In this document: positions 1 to 12,000 of the stretch, piece after piece
How the letters are laid out: every line of letters starts with the position of its first letter
How positions within the stretch are numbered: position 1 is the stretch's first letter
Assembly (NCBI RefSeq): GCF_052425735.1
Contig: NC_135762.1
Coordinates: forward strand, 14,198,001 to 14,262,000
Origin: Oculina patagonica
Lineage: Eukaryota
Reading direction: 5' to 3'
DNA: 64,000 nt
Translations under genes and position numbers: made by a program
The notes under the pieces: generated by a model
Databases searched by the model: none
What the model saw: the letters and a program-made list of their open reading frames with translations, nothing else
Told to the model about the DNA's origin: nothing

Positions 1-369
1 TTGGATATCCCGATGAAACACTGTCTCTCGTGTTAGATATATTACTTGAACAACGACTATTCATTCTATGAAATGTTGCGGGAGATTACACTGCGACTAC
101 ACCTAACAATATCTGTGCAAAATAGAGAATGAAAACGGCTGCATGTTCACAATAATAATATTAAATTTCCTACATACAGAATGTGGATCTACACCAGCAG
201 CATGCTACAGAAGCAATAAATTTGTGACCATTTTTATTGTTTGAACTTGCAAACACCTTTGGTCAGTTTGTGAAGAATTTGTTTGGGTGGCCTTGGTTGG
301 AGTAGGAACGCTGTAAATGAGAGAGCCATCCTCTCTATTTGTAGGTCACTTAAAATGTTATTTTTTCAG

Positions 370-3301
370 ATGTTCCTGCAACTCGGGCTTTGTTATGGAC
401 AGCAGTGATTCCACACGATGTGTGGACATCAACGAGTGTCTTACGGTGAGAGGGACTGGGGGTGGGGTTGGTGGTGTCTAGTAAGGTGGATACGAATGCA
501 CGCTAGGAAAGATCTTAATTAAACTTCTACAACCCAAGACAAAAAGAGTTGGGAAGGTTGTAAAAACATTCCCGATTAGAGAGGAGTTTCTAATTCAATG
601 TAGCAATCCCCATTCCTGTACTGCTGTAGGATCCCCCCGCTCCCCCATATCATGTTGGTCCATCATTTCACAGCCTTGTGTGTGTAAGGTCAACATTGAA
701 TAGGGGAGGAGAGGGGAGGCACAAAAGGGCAAAACTTCCCAAGACTTTGTTCTGGGGTTGCAGCTAAGAGAAGGCCTTTTGTTGTGCTCAATTCACTCAA
801 TTTTTTATTCTCAACCTTAGGCGTGGATCGTTGATTGCACTTTATAAAAGGGAAAAAAGCCATAAAACGGGATATGACCAAATATCGAGTCTATAGGTTC
901 CTCCCCTCCTCGGGGGACGGGGGGACTTCCCATAAATTTTATAAAAGGGATTTAAGATAACCGTTGGAAATATTGAAAAGAACCTTAAAACGGTACCGAA
1001 GTCTTGTTTTGTCGGCGCGGATGGAATTTATTTTCGCCCCTAGGTGGCACCAATTCTAAACAAAGCTAACCTCTGTTCCCTGAGGCACCAACCAACGAGT
1101 TTTATCCCCTCACACGCACGACGATCCGCTCCCCGTCACCCAGGAGGTAATTTCTTGCAAACTATAAACCAAGCCGGACCACTCGGAATTGTAAAAGGGT
1201 TAAGGCCCTGGACTAAAGATAACCCTTATGCTTGGAGATTTTCATAAGCATAGCAATGGAGAAGGTTTGCTAACTACAACTGGTGTCTGTTTTAGGACAA
1301 TGGAGGCTGCCATCATAACTGCACCAACACTCCCGGTTCATTTCAATGCACCTGTCATCCAACATACAAACTACAAATGGACAGAAAAACGTGTGGACGT
1401 AAGTTCAGCCTCATTTCAGTTCTTTCAACCTTTCATGAAGCTTAACGCGCAATGGAAAAAGAGATTCTCGTCACCAGAAAGCGGCGTTTTGACCTATTTT
1501 TAGCCTCCACTGTCAAGAATTGATCTCATTTACCTCGACGCCAGATACATGATGTGTACTGCGTCCCCAACTCTAAAATGCTTTCCATTATGTCATCGTT
1601 TAAAGAAAAGCACTACACATATCTTCACATTATAAAATCTGGAAGGAGAATGTATTGCTTCTTATGAAGTCTCCTACGCAGCAGTTGATTGGGCTTGTCA
1701 CGCAACTCTCCCTCCCAACCAAAAACACGAACTATGATTGGGCAAATGGTCCTGGCGCGACTTGTTCAGGATTGTGTAAGCGTAGGTAGCGTATACGTAT
1801 CTGCGATTCGTTGAGTTGAACCGCGTAAAGGCATGTGATTCAGGTTTAAGCAGCCGTAAGTAGGGAAGGGACCGTTGCGTAACGAGTCCAAACAACAGCT
1901 GCGTAGGATCTAGGAGACTATTTCATATTCTCTTGCCTACCCCTGTGTTTTCTTGGGCATCGAAGCTGGCGTACAAAATTGGAATTCCAGTGTTTAGGTT
2001 TTGCTTAGAACGTAGCATAAAAAATTTGGTTTGTTTCATTCAGATTGTCCCACTTGTGACGATTTTGAAGCTTTGTTACAGACTGTTGATGACTTAAAGA
2101 ACAAGGTACGTAAATGAACAAATAGACTTGCACCAAGTCGCCCTCTATTGGTGAGCGAAGCGAGCCGAAAAGCGTCGCGAAGCGACGACCGCGAGTGACC
2201 GCGGGTCGAAGGACTTTGAGAAAGTCTAATGAACAAACAAATGAAAAAAAAAAAATAACGGACAGACGGACGAACGAACGTACGAACGAACTAACGAGCA
2301 TAAATGTACTGTAAAAGTCGAGGCAGACAAAAATACTTTGCCGTTTTAATTCTTCTTCTGTGTGCAATTTGCGTGAGATATTTGCAATAAATACTCGAAT
2401 GCATGTGGTTCATTTACAAATTACTTTACTCATTTAAGCTCGCCTCCATCGAAGTCTGGAAGCAGAGTGTTGGTAGTCAAGGGTGCATCTTTGGATTGGA
2501 ATTCAAACCCGATGGAACATCCTGGAGGAAAAGCCCTTGTGAAATATGTCACTGCGAGGTGTGTTGTATTATCTAGAAGATTGTGTCAAGCAGGCTGGTG
2601 TTAATTAACTAATTAATAAAGGAATACTGTAAGAAGAAGAGAAGAGAAGAAGAAGTCTTGGAGAAGTCTTGGAGACCAGTAGGCTTGTATGTGGCTCTGG
2701 GCAACCGGAGTCACAAGTAGTCGCAAGTTTCCAACTTAGTGTGTCGACTTGCGTCACGTTTTTTGGCAAGAACGTACGTTCAGTATAATAACGTAGAATT
2801 TGCACGCGATTGGACGTTAGTCTTTTCCTGTATGGTTACCCAACGCGAGTCAGCGAAACTCTTATCGTTTACTTCGAGAACTGAATTGCAGCGTAGCAGT
2901 ATACCTATATACCTGCGCTTTGGTCGGTTTACAAGTTTTTTAGTTCTTCAAGTCTTGATTGTCTCGTGGCGTTATCTCCGTTCCTTTTGATTGGTTAGAT
3001 GTCATAACTTGATTTCCACTGGTTCAACAAAAATTGCACAATCACTTAAAAGATCTAATATGGTGCTTTTGTTTTATTTAGGGAAGTCAGACCCGATGTG
3101 AAGCAATTTCTGGCTGCACGGGTGAGTAATAAGAACTATGTACAATCTTGTTTGTTGCAGTTGTTTTGTTTGTTTGTCTGTCTGTTTATTTATTTGCTTC
3201 TTTGGTTTTTGTTCTTGTTGGTTAAACGTTTTTTTTTGTATTCTAATGTATCATTTTTGAGATCTTCAAAACAGCACGTAGCAAAACAACAACAACAGCA
3301 A

Positions 3302-3363
<62 letters not shown>

Positions 3364-4374
3364 AATGATAACTACAACCAAGATAGAATAAAAATGTCTA
3401 CAACACTATCCCCTCTCCTCCCGAAACTCTTTCAGTTCCTCCTATTTTGCAAGGACAGGGAGTTTTGACCATAATAGTTGACAGTTTCCCTCCAAACTGT
3501 TTTTGATTAGAGCCAACGACGCTCCGGCCCACAACAGAGGAAATCGTGACAGTTACCGGTGATGATGATGACGACGAAGATGATGATGATGATGATGATG
3601 AAGATTCTACCTCAAGTAAGGAATGACCGTAATTCACGTGAGCACGTGCTAAGGCTACGAAAGCCGTTATAATGGAGTTATAGAGCTACAAGCTCGTTCG
3701 GTCCCTTTAGGGAAAATATTGTATAACTCGCAAAAAAATGAGAAAGAACGAAACTAATTTTTGTCCCCAAGAACGGACCTAACAATCTACGCAGTTACAC
3801 GTTGTTTTTCCTTATTGATTGATAACAACTTTACCGTTTGCTTGACGTTAAACCAAAATTTTTGAACCGGCTAACTATTTAAAGATGGATTAAATGGCAA
3901 GCTCGAGGTTTCTTTCGGCTGTTTCGGTGAGAATTTAAATGGAAGGGTCCTTTCCACTGGAAAGTTTTCAATTGTTACACCACTGTGTTTGTTGAAAAAT
4001 TGTACTGGTCCTTTTAACGAAAAAATCTCACCGGTTAATCGAAAGCGCTCCTGGTATCGTATCCTACCACAATCTGGCGAGGGAGTGCCAAACAAGCCTA
4101 ATAACCCGGCCTCCCTCTCCCGCACAATCGATTGGGCGTCGAGTTTAGCAGGCTAAAGCCAAAGAAAACATATTTTGGTTTCCAAGTTATTGAATAAGCG
4201 TTCAAAATCATTTTTTTCGTCTTCTTCTTCTTTTCTTCCACTCCAGGCGGAGACAAACCAACTATTCGCACCACTGCGACAGATCTGCTACGCAAGAAAC
4301 GTCGGAGAGTGATCGTTTCACCATCAACAAGAAACGCATGCAGCGGAGGGGAATATCATGAAATCGATAAATGA
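370..4374 (+). CDS. 3' portion (7 exons) of a secreted/extracellular protein: cbEGF repeats - NELL-like CPTC coiled coil - VWC domain - Asp-rich tract - polybasic C-terminal tail; 5' end lies upstream of the window
   Basis: Phase-consistent AG/GT exons: 370-445 ([25 protein letters not shown]), 1296-1398 ([34 protein letters not shown]), 2044-2105 ([21 protein letters not shown]), 2439-2558 ([40 protein letters not shown]), 3082-3121 ([13 protein letters not shown]), 3511-3615 ([35 protein letters not shown]), 4247-4374 ([42 protein letters not shown]). DINEC is the cbEGF consensus and W-x4-C-xx-C-x-C is the VWC consensus. Not in the ORF track because it is spliced. Confidence 0.85.
1669..1920. 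mobile_element. Degenerate palindromic MITE (TAGTCTCCTACGCAG-type termini) in an intron
   Basis: Imperfect terminal inverted repeats gtctcctacgcagcagttg ... caacagctgcgtagga...gagact; same end type as the element at 16495-16618. Confidence 0.5.
3307..3360 (+). repeat. (CAGA)n microsatellite, intronic
   Basis: Directly visible tandem tetranucleotide. Confidence 0.95.
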
Positions 4375-4567
4375 AACATAACCAAAAAAAATCCATATGA
4401 AATATGTGTGTAAAAAAGGGTAGTTTTTGAAAGCCTTTTAAAATAAGTTAATAACGTGTGTATTTCGTGTCGGGATTCGCTACTATTAAATATTTGTTTT
4501 ATTTCTCTATATAGTAACCTCCCTGAAATTTCTGTGAAGCAATAGATTTTTCCCTCATTACGCTTAA

Positions 4568-4944
4568 GGGGCTATGTCACGCAATTTTAGACTTTTGGCA
4601 CTGGCCAACTGGTTATAGAATTAACTAAAATATCAGAATGGCGGCTTAAAACTGTAGAAGAACTCAAAAGAAAAACAGGCAGGCCAAAAAGGGCTTGGTT
4701 GGGCAAAATTCGAGAAGATTAAAACGGATTGCGTTTGGGTAAACTTGAAAAACCTCGGCTCGACTTTTTTCAAGATTATTTCAATTTGTTTGAAAGTGGC
4801 ATTTACAATGCTCGAAAATCATCCTTATTTGTTATGTGGCCATGATTGTGCCAATAAAAGACTTTTGCTCTGCCAATTTGAATTTTAGAGCTCTTAATTA
4901 ACGAAAATAAATACAATTACCTAAAATACCATGATCTAGCCTCT
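4568..4944. mobile_element. TTAA-flanked non-autonomous DNA transposon (Kolobok-like)
   Basis: TTAA at 4564-4567 and 4945-4948; imperfect TIR ggggctatgtcac ... atgatctagcctct; termini resemble the element at 20621-21588. Confidence 0.6.
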
Positions 4945-5591
4945 TTAATGCCGCGAACAATGGTTTCAAGCCGAGGCTGGGGGACAAGTTTGATATATTT
5001 TCTGTATTTTTGTCCATCCCAGTCTCGACTTGGCAATGCTTGTCGACAAAGGACTACTCACTGCGCAGCTTTGGCAGTCAGTACCGTCCCTTATCAGGCT
5101 GCCAAAGCACGATGTTAGTCGCTTATTTCTCGTCATCTTGCGTTAGTTTTATTTCGCGAAATCGTAACGTCGCAGGCAATTAGAAGCCAGACCAACGCCT
5201 ATTTTGAACCCCCCAAAATGCTTTCAAGAAATTTCTAGCTGGTTAACCATTTCTTTTTTGGCTTCGTTTTAATGATATAAAGCTTTTAGTAGCCGAGAGT
5301 ACCTTTTTAGATCCATCTTTTTTAAAAAATTTCAAAACAGAACTGTATGTAGCGTCTTTACATATGATAACAAAAGTGACTTTTATTAAAAAAAGTATTG
5401 TGTTCTTTAAAACTTCTGTTTGTCGATCTAATTTATCTTCAGATCAGTCTTCAGTGATCTTGGATTACGTTACATACGTTCCTACTTCCGGCCACTGAGA
5501 GAGGGGTTGCCTCACTCGCCGCGCATAAATCCCCTGCCTGATTACGAAGTTGTATGAGCCCAAGATTGATAACCAAAATTTTGTTGCGGTG

Positions 5592-5889
5592 CAGTGGCGC
5601 GGTGACCTAATGGTTAGTGAGCTGGACTCTGGATCGAGCGGTCTGGGTTCTAGCCCTGGTCGGGGCACTGTGTTGTGTTTTTGGGCAAGACACTTAACTC
5701 GCATAGTGCCTCTCTTCACCCCAGGTGTATTAATGGGTACCGGGGAATTTACTGCTGGAGGTAACCCTGCGATGGACTAGTATCCCATCTAGGGGGTAGT
5801 AGAAATACTCATAGCCGGCTTTAGCCTACGGAAACCGGGATAAGCTCCGGCCTGGTGGGCTACTAGGCTCGAATGCAGACTTCACCTTC
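5592..5889 (+). mobile_element. Full-length tRNA-derived SINE
   Basis: tRNA-like head with A-box-like (tggttagtgag) and B-box-like (gggttctagccc) motifs, then the body 'tgtgttgtgtttttgggcaagacacttaactc...aatgggtacc...' ending in gcagacttcaccttc. Reverse-strand fragments of the same family lie at ~24940-25270, ~45840-46030 and ~58430-58640. Confidence 0.85.
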
Positions 5890-5959
5890 AGTGTATACTG
5901 TCTTTGTTACCGGACTGAAGGCGCCATAATGGGGGTATGGAGGAGTTGTCGTGAGGGCA

Positions 5960-6730
5960 AGGAAAGGGGAAGAGCGTATGTAAACAAATTTCTGTCCGTT
6001 AACTTGACAAACAGAGAAAATTCTCAAAAAATGCGATTTGCAGTTCTTACGTTACATCAAATACCGAACTTAATCAAACACAGACCTCCTCTAAAAGCTC
6101 CTGAAACAGCCTTTTGACTTTATATCTTCTTCAGCCCAAGTATGCAGGTTCGGCGGTTTGTTTGGTTCCATAGCCGTGCAACAATAGCTTATTTGAGAAA
6201 GGTTTGTTGAAAAAGCACAAAAGTGCATGCGACAAAACCGAAAGGTATTATGGGTTGAAGTAGAAGCCACTGCCGTGCTGAATCTAATTAGATGGCAACA
6301 TGACAAACGCAAATTTGCAGTTTTCTCTCCCTTCAGACATGTGGAAACAAGGTGCCGGAAAATTTTAGAAGAATTTTCATAGCTAAAAAATGCGACGTAA
6401 AAGCTTCAAAACTGCAGAAAAATTTCTCCTTGCGGGAGCACAGGGGGGGTCCCCGGGGGTCTAGCTCTCTCCCTCTGTACCCCGCGGGGGTAGCCATAGA
6501 CCCCCCCCAAAATATAAAACAAAAAAAAAAAAAAAAAAAAAAAAAATTCTTTTGGGGGAGGGGGGTGGGGGGGGGGGGGGGGGGAGAGGAAAAACATATG
6601 TGGGCAAATTTCTGTCCGTTATCTTACCAAACGGAGAAAAATCACAGCAGTTACGTTTCACAGTTCTTACGTTACATCAGATACCGAACTAAATCAAACA
6701 TATGTACACCTCTTCTAAAAGCTTCTAAAC
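5960..6730 (+). repeat. Two diverged direct copies of a ~170-bp unit (~5960-6110 and ~6570-6730)
   Basis: Shared 'caaatttctgtccgtta...cagttcttacgttacatca.ataccgaact.aatcaaaca...cctc.tctaaaagct'. Confidence 0.75.
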
Positions 6731-6839
6731 CACTTGTAAATTATAAATATATTTTTCGACATTTCGACATTGCTATCTTCAAGTGCAAAAATACAAACTT
6801 CCTCTAGGCCAATATGCAAAATTTAAGTGAAAACGCAGA

Positions 6840-7460
6840 CCAGCTTACGGTCTGGTCGCGTGCAGGCTTTTGTGCTTTATTGCCGACAACTTTTCTCGAA
6901 TAACCGTAATACGGTTTGTTATATTATGCTGCACGGGGACGACGCACGTGTAATAAACTGTGCGCATGCGTATGAAGCTGGCTACAGCCAAACCAAGTGT
7001 TAGTGTGTGCATAAAAGAGTTTTGCAACGCCTTTGGGCCCAAAGCATTTTATTTGCATCTCGCTTTTATGTCAGAAACGTTATAATAACATTCTCCTTCC
7101 AGTTTCATGCGTTACAAAAATGACTTTAAGCTACTTTAGATTGCGTGACGCGTGCTTCTGCTGGGAATGGTCCGTACGTTATTATTTATGAAGAAACGTG
7201 TTAAGCGTATCGTCGGGGGAAGAATGCATCGGAAAACCGAACAAGTCTATGCACGTGGCTTCAAACAATTGCGCAAAGCTAAACGCACGCGCGCGTCCAT
7301 CGAGAGCGTCGTGCGAGGATATGTGAAAGGGGGCGGGAAAATGAAAAGCACGCATTTAGCACGCAAGCGGAGCATGGCAAACAAGTTTTATTGTACTGGC
7401 AAAACAATTAACAAGTATTTGGTGTTTGCCGGCCAACCACACCAGCCGCCGTCGTAACAA
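6840..7460 (+). promoter_or_regulatory. Putative CpG-rich promoter/enhancer of the Sox gene
   Basis: Locally CpG-rich; NRF1-like tgcgcatgcgta (6961), octamer atttgcat (7051), GC box ggggcggg (~7329), and clustered Sox-type motifs (aacaag, attgta, aacaat, aacaag) at 7380-7416. Confidence 0.4.
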
Positions 7461-8280
7461 GCTCTTCAGAGTGGAACGGACGTAAACCCAGCAAATAAAT
7501 TGCGTTGTATCGATTTGAAAAAAGAAAAGCCAGAACTATAAAAATCTAAAGAAAAAAGAAATTACACACGATTTAGGACGAAAGCATTACAAATCATTTT
7601 AGACAAAAAGACAACCCTGTTCATCGCTTCGGGATTTCTTGTGGCTCCATTGAAATGACAAAACAACCATGGCGAGACATTGATAGAATAGATTACATTC
7701 AAATTACATTTAAACTGCAATTTAGATAACGTTTTGAGATGAAAGATAATTTGAGTGATGTTGGTTGCCACGAAAAACACTAAGTTACCGACCGTGCACA
7801 TTATTTTGGCGCGGTTTCCAAAAAGCGCAATCTTAGCTTACAAATTTTCTCCCGATGTTTTGCTCGGATCCTACTAAAAAGCATGGCCGATCGGTGTGTT
7901 TTTGTTTCATTGTCTGAAGATCGTGGCGGACCGCGGAAGGAATTGCTTTTGTCTTACTGAAGACTAATGGCAAAATCGTTACATAAGTTTATCAGACTGC
8001 TTCAGCTCGTACCGCATTAATGGATGGAAAAGATCTAAATTTTTCTCTAGCTTTTATTTATTAGCAAATTAATTTAGTTTTGATTTACGCCCAGACAAGC
8101 TATTTATTAGATGAGTTCTAAAATAAATTGCGAAAGAGCAAAAAACATCGCCTTTCACCGCACTAAGTGAACGTGCCAAACAAAGAAACTTTAACTAGCA
8201 TATGTATTAGTCTATTGTTCATTCGAATTCGTCAGAAAACAATCAAATGCCTCCGATAAAAGGGCTAATATGTTTGTCAA

Positions 8281-9069
8281 ATGCTTCATTTGCCACCAAA
8301 TTGGCGCACAGTACAGACTACCAGGAACACCAACATGGAACTACATTTAGCAGTTCACGATGATCGTCACATCAAGCGGCCACTGAACTCCTTCATGGTG
8401 TGGGCCAAAGAGCGAAGAAGGGAAATGAACCGAGACAACCCAAAAATGCGCAACGCAGAAATCAGCAAAATATTGGGCGAGGAGTGGAGACAGTTATCTG
8501 AGGAGGTGAAAAAGCCATTCGTTGAAGAAGCCATTCGTTTGAGACGCCAGCACAAGATCGACCACCCGAACTACAGATACAGGCCGCGGAGAAAGAACCG
8601 GCTGGAAGGCAACGGCGAGATTGTGCAAGGTGAAGGTTACCGCCAACCGTTCGCTCTGTACCCAAACTCAGGTGCCCCATCGTCTGCCAGTTTTCTAGCC
8701 CATTCCTTGCCTCAAGACTACAAATCAGCCATGTTTCCGCCGAGGTATTCCCATCACGAGAAGCATAGTTACGCAACCGAGCATGTTTCCAAGCCAGGTA
8801 ACGCTTCAGCGAGCTACCTGTCGCCTTTTCCAGTTCGCTCATCAGACGTCCCGTCTTGGAATGGGTACCTGTCGCCCGCCACTTCGCCGTACTACTTCGA
8901 GCCACCACGTTTCTCCATGCCTTGCGAAAGCCCTGTCCGTGCAATCCATCCTGGAAGTATTCCTCAAGTTAAGGAGAAGCTGTCGAGTACTCCTGGGAGC
9001 CCCAGCATGACCAGGAACCATTCTAGTTGGCCATATTTCGCCCTCAAGGCAGAACTTCAATACGCGTAA
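8281..9069 (+). CDS. Sox-family HMG-box transcription factor, single coding exon, divergent (B-like/unclassified); start may be the downstream Met at 8335
   Basis: HMG box HIKRPLNSFMVWAKERRREMNRDNPKMRNAEISKILGEEWRQLSEEVKKPFVEEAIRLRRQHKIDHPNYRYRPRRK, followed by a Pro/Ser/Tyr-rich tail; AATAAA at ~9292. Confidence 0.95.
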   Translation: MLHLPPNWRTVQTTRNTNMELHLAVHDDRHIKRPLNSFMVWAKERRREMNRDNPKMRNAEISKILGEEWRQLSEEVKKPFVEEAIRLRRQHKIDHPNYRYRPRRKNRLEGNGEIVQGEGYRQPFALYPNSGAPSSASFLAHSLPQDYKSAMFPPRYSHHEKHSYATEHVSKPGNASASYLSPFPVRSSDVPSWNGYLSPATSPYYFEPPRFSMPCESPVRAIHPGSIPQVKEKLSSTPGSPSMTRNHSSWPYFALKAELQYA

Positions 9070-12000
9070 AGAGACTGTTTTCTTTTGTTCAAAGTAAACA
9101 CGAGGTTTCTTAAGTGACTCTAACACCATTATGAAACAAAAAAAACATGTAGTACATAGCCTTTTTCTTATTTTTAAAGCTTTAATGCGCACGATGTTAA
9201 AATTGTTTATAACCTTTTAAGTTTTTTTTCAACGCAGAGTAAATGTTGTTCAAATATTGTCATTTCTTCGTTGATCTTTGTTTATTTTAAAAATAAAGCT
9301 TGAATTGAGTTTTACTAAATTAAAAGGTGTATGAGGTTTTTATTTGCATTGCACTTGCGACATCTTTGAGAAGCAGTCATATTTTTTTATTTGCTTTGCC
9401 CTTGCGAAATCTTCCGAATACCAGTCATACTTTTTCAATAAAATACAGTCTGCGCGAAATCCCATTATATGATAACAACATTATCAACTTTTATTCCTTC
9501 AGCTAGATGTATTTTTCAAATTTTGTCAAGTCACTACTTCGCAATTTTTGCCGTTCGAACAATTGTCTGAAAAATTCGAGGAAGATATCATATAATTTCG
9601 ATTTGCACTTTTTCATTCGCGATGTGCGAAAATCGTCACCGAGCGTGTGAAATTTTATCTTTTAAACCTATTGAGTAAATTTTGGTGTCAAAAATCTTTG
9701 TCCAACACAATAAAGCACGTGGGATTATTGTTAATTGGTTTTAGCCTGCCGCACGTCTGGTGAAATAAAAGGTTTCTTTTTTTATCGATCCAATTGAGTT
9801 GGCTTTCAATAGCAAAAAACCTGCTTACAAAATTACATTTCAAAAGGTTAGTCTGTCTGGAATATTTCTAGATAAGTTTACGGCGTAAATATAAGGTATA
9901 TGTGTTCATAAAACGCTTGGTTGCATTTGGATGTGTATTTACCTCTTAAACACGTTAATATGAGCGCTGATTGAGAAAATTTAATGGTTTAGAAGTTCAC
10001 TTAAAGCTTGAAAGCAACAAAAAACCTCGCGTTATAGAGTGTGTGCCAATATACGCTTGAAATGTATAGACATTCAAAGAACCGCACAAAAAGGGGCTTA
10101 TACAAAAGTTGTATATAGTTTATGCTATTTCAAGAAGATTAGCATTAATCTTCTGCACGGAAACCAAATGAGGCGAAAATAAGACCAGAACCACCTCTTT
10201 TTTACGATGCTGTGATTCCTAAATGTCCAATTTATTCCAATTTTAAAGCAACCATTTCGCTGACATGATAAAATAGAAATTTTCGCTTGATTAAATAGGA
10301 GTGTATTTATGCATGATGACCTATGATGGGCTAAACTGGGGCTTTTGTTTTCATGTTTTGTCAATGAACGGAATCGAAGTTTCTTTCAATAAGGAAAAAC
10401 CTACCATAAATAAATTCAAGCTGATAAAAATGACAAGAAACTTGCAGTATTTAAAATACTTTTTAGACCGTACACCACTGATACGACATTAAAAATTGCC
10501 GGCAAAGTGAACGGTTTCACATAAGTATTGTAATCCCCGTTCGTAGCAACGGCTTCGGTTTTCCAGTTCATCAAAAATAGTCATTTCTTTGTCTTATGTA
10601 AACACACAACAATCTGGCCACCTGGAAAACAAATTTTACTTTTGATAAACGAATATTTGTGCTTATCGATAGATATGTTTGGTTTGTAGTGGCTGGGATG
10701 GCTTGCAAAACACGCTATAAACCCTGGTTGTTAAGTTCTAAAAACGCTAAATGAAGTGTGGAAAATTCGTTTTCAAGTCGATTGTACTAATAATCAACAA
10801 TAAAAAGCGAGAAACGTAGCGTGAAATAGACTCTTTAAAACAAATTTAGGCTGTAAAAGAGCTTGTTTTAGAGCTTCCGTGCAAAACTTGTTCAGTTCAT
10901 ACAATTTGTTGCGCTTTTGTTATGGTTTTTCTGAAATACCGTTTCGCTTTTTTGAATGACGCGTCTACATGTACATGTGTGCAGAATACATTTTTAAAAA
11001 TCCTTTGTTCCCCTGAGGGAGACCAAACCAATGATTAGTAATACTGGTCCAAAAAATGCGTTAATTGTGTAAGAAGACGCGAAACGTGGATAGCATATGA
11101 AAGAAATGTCCGGGCTATTATTTGGAAATGATTTTGCCTCACGTATGCCAAACTCAAGAAAATTATTCTGAAACAGCGAAAGAAAATGATCAGAAGAGTT
11201 TGATGCCGTTTGTATACATTTAAGCAAGGTTACACGCCAAATAGGTAAATAAGCTCTTGATCAATATTATAAATTTCGTTTCGTGCAGGAGGGCCCTTGC
11301 AGTATCGGACGATTAAAGCAAAATGCATGTGGCTTTTTCTGAAAGAAATTGTATAGAAGCTTTACTTTTACAAAAGATTTCTTTTTTCTTTCAAAATGGA
11401 TGCAGGGAGTGTCTTGATAAAGAAGCCTCGTGTTCGCTTTTAATGATTTATTTCTTGTTTTTAAACAAAAATAACCTTGTCGTTAAAGCAGAAAAATCAC
11501 TGATGTTTCTTCATTAGAAGTTAATTAATATTGAAAACGAATATCGCCAATTGATAAACAAACCTATAATAAATGTACAGTCCCTGCGTTTATATCTAGC
11601 TCGATATATAATCTATAAGCAATATATGGTACTGAACAAATATTGACATTAAAATTGTAAAATTAATTGTTGTTCGCCTCGAGAAATACAAATATTTAGT
11701 TTGTAAATGTATCTTTCAGTCTGCTCATATCTTGTGACTCAAGAAAATGAGCCCATTTCAATTTGTTCAAAACCGCAATAACTTGCGTCTTTTCACCAAG
11801 AGCGCATCTCTTTTTATAACAAAATCCGGCCTTCCCTGTCTCGCCAAAATGTTACTTTCGACACACAATTCACAGTACTCGGTGATCAATTGATCAAGCT
11901 GTGCATGTGTACCGTATTTACAGCATTTATACAAACAAATTAGAAAACAGATTGAATTGAAAAATAACATCGAGTATTATGTTGGTTCACTGAAACAAAT

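Noticed and set aside
3098-3637. ORFs with QTDR, CLSV or poly-Ser runs (also 37945-38154, 39116-39556, 6352-6807)
   Set aside because: Translations of microsatellites or homopolymers; only the + strand poly-Asp exon at 3511-3615 has phase-compatible splice sites.
5592-5665. Possible tRNA gene
   Set aside because: The tRNA-like head runs straight into a SINE body that has several decayed copies in the window.
8367-9192. Antisense and alternate-frame ORFs over the Sox gene
   Set aside because: Shadow ORFs of a GC-richer coding exon with no recognisable features.
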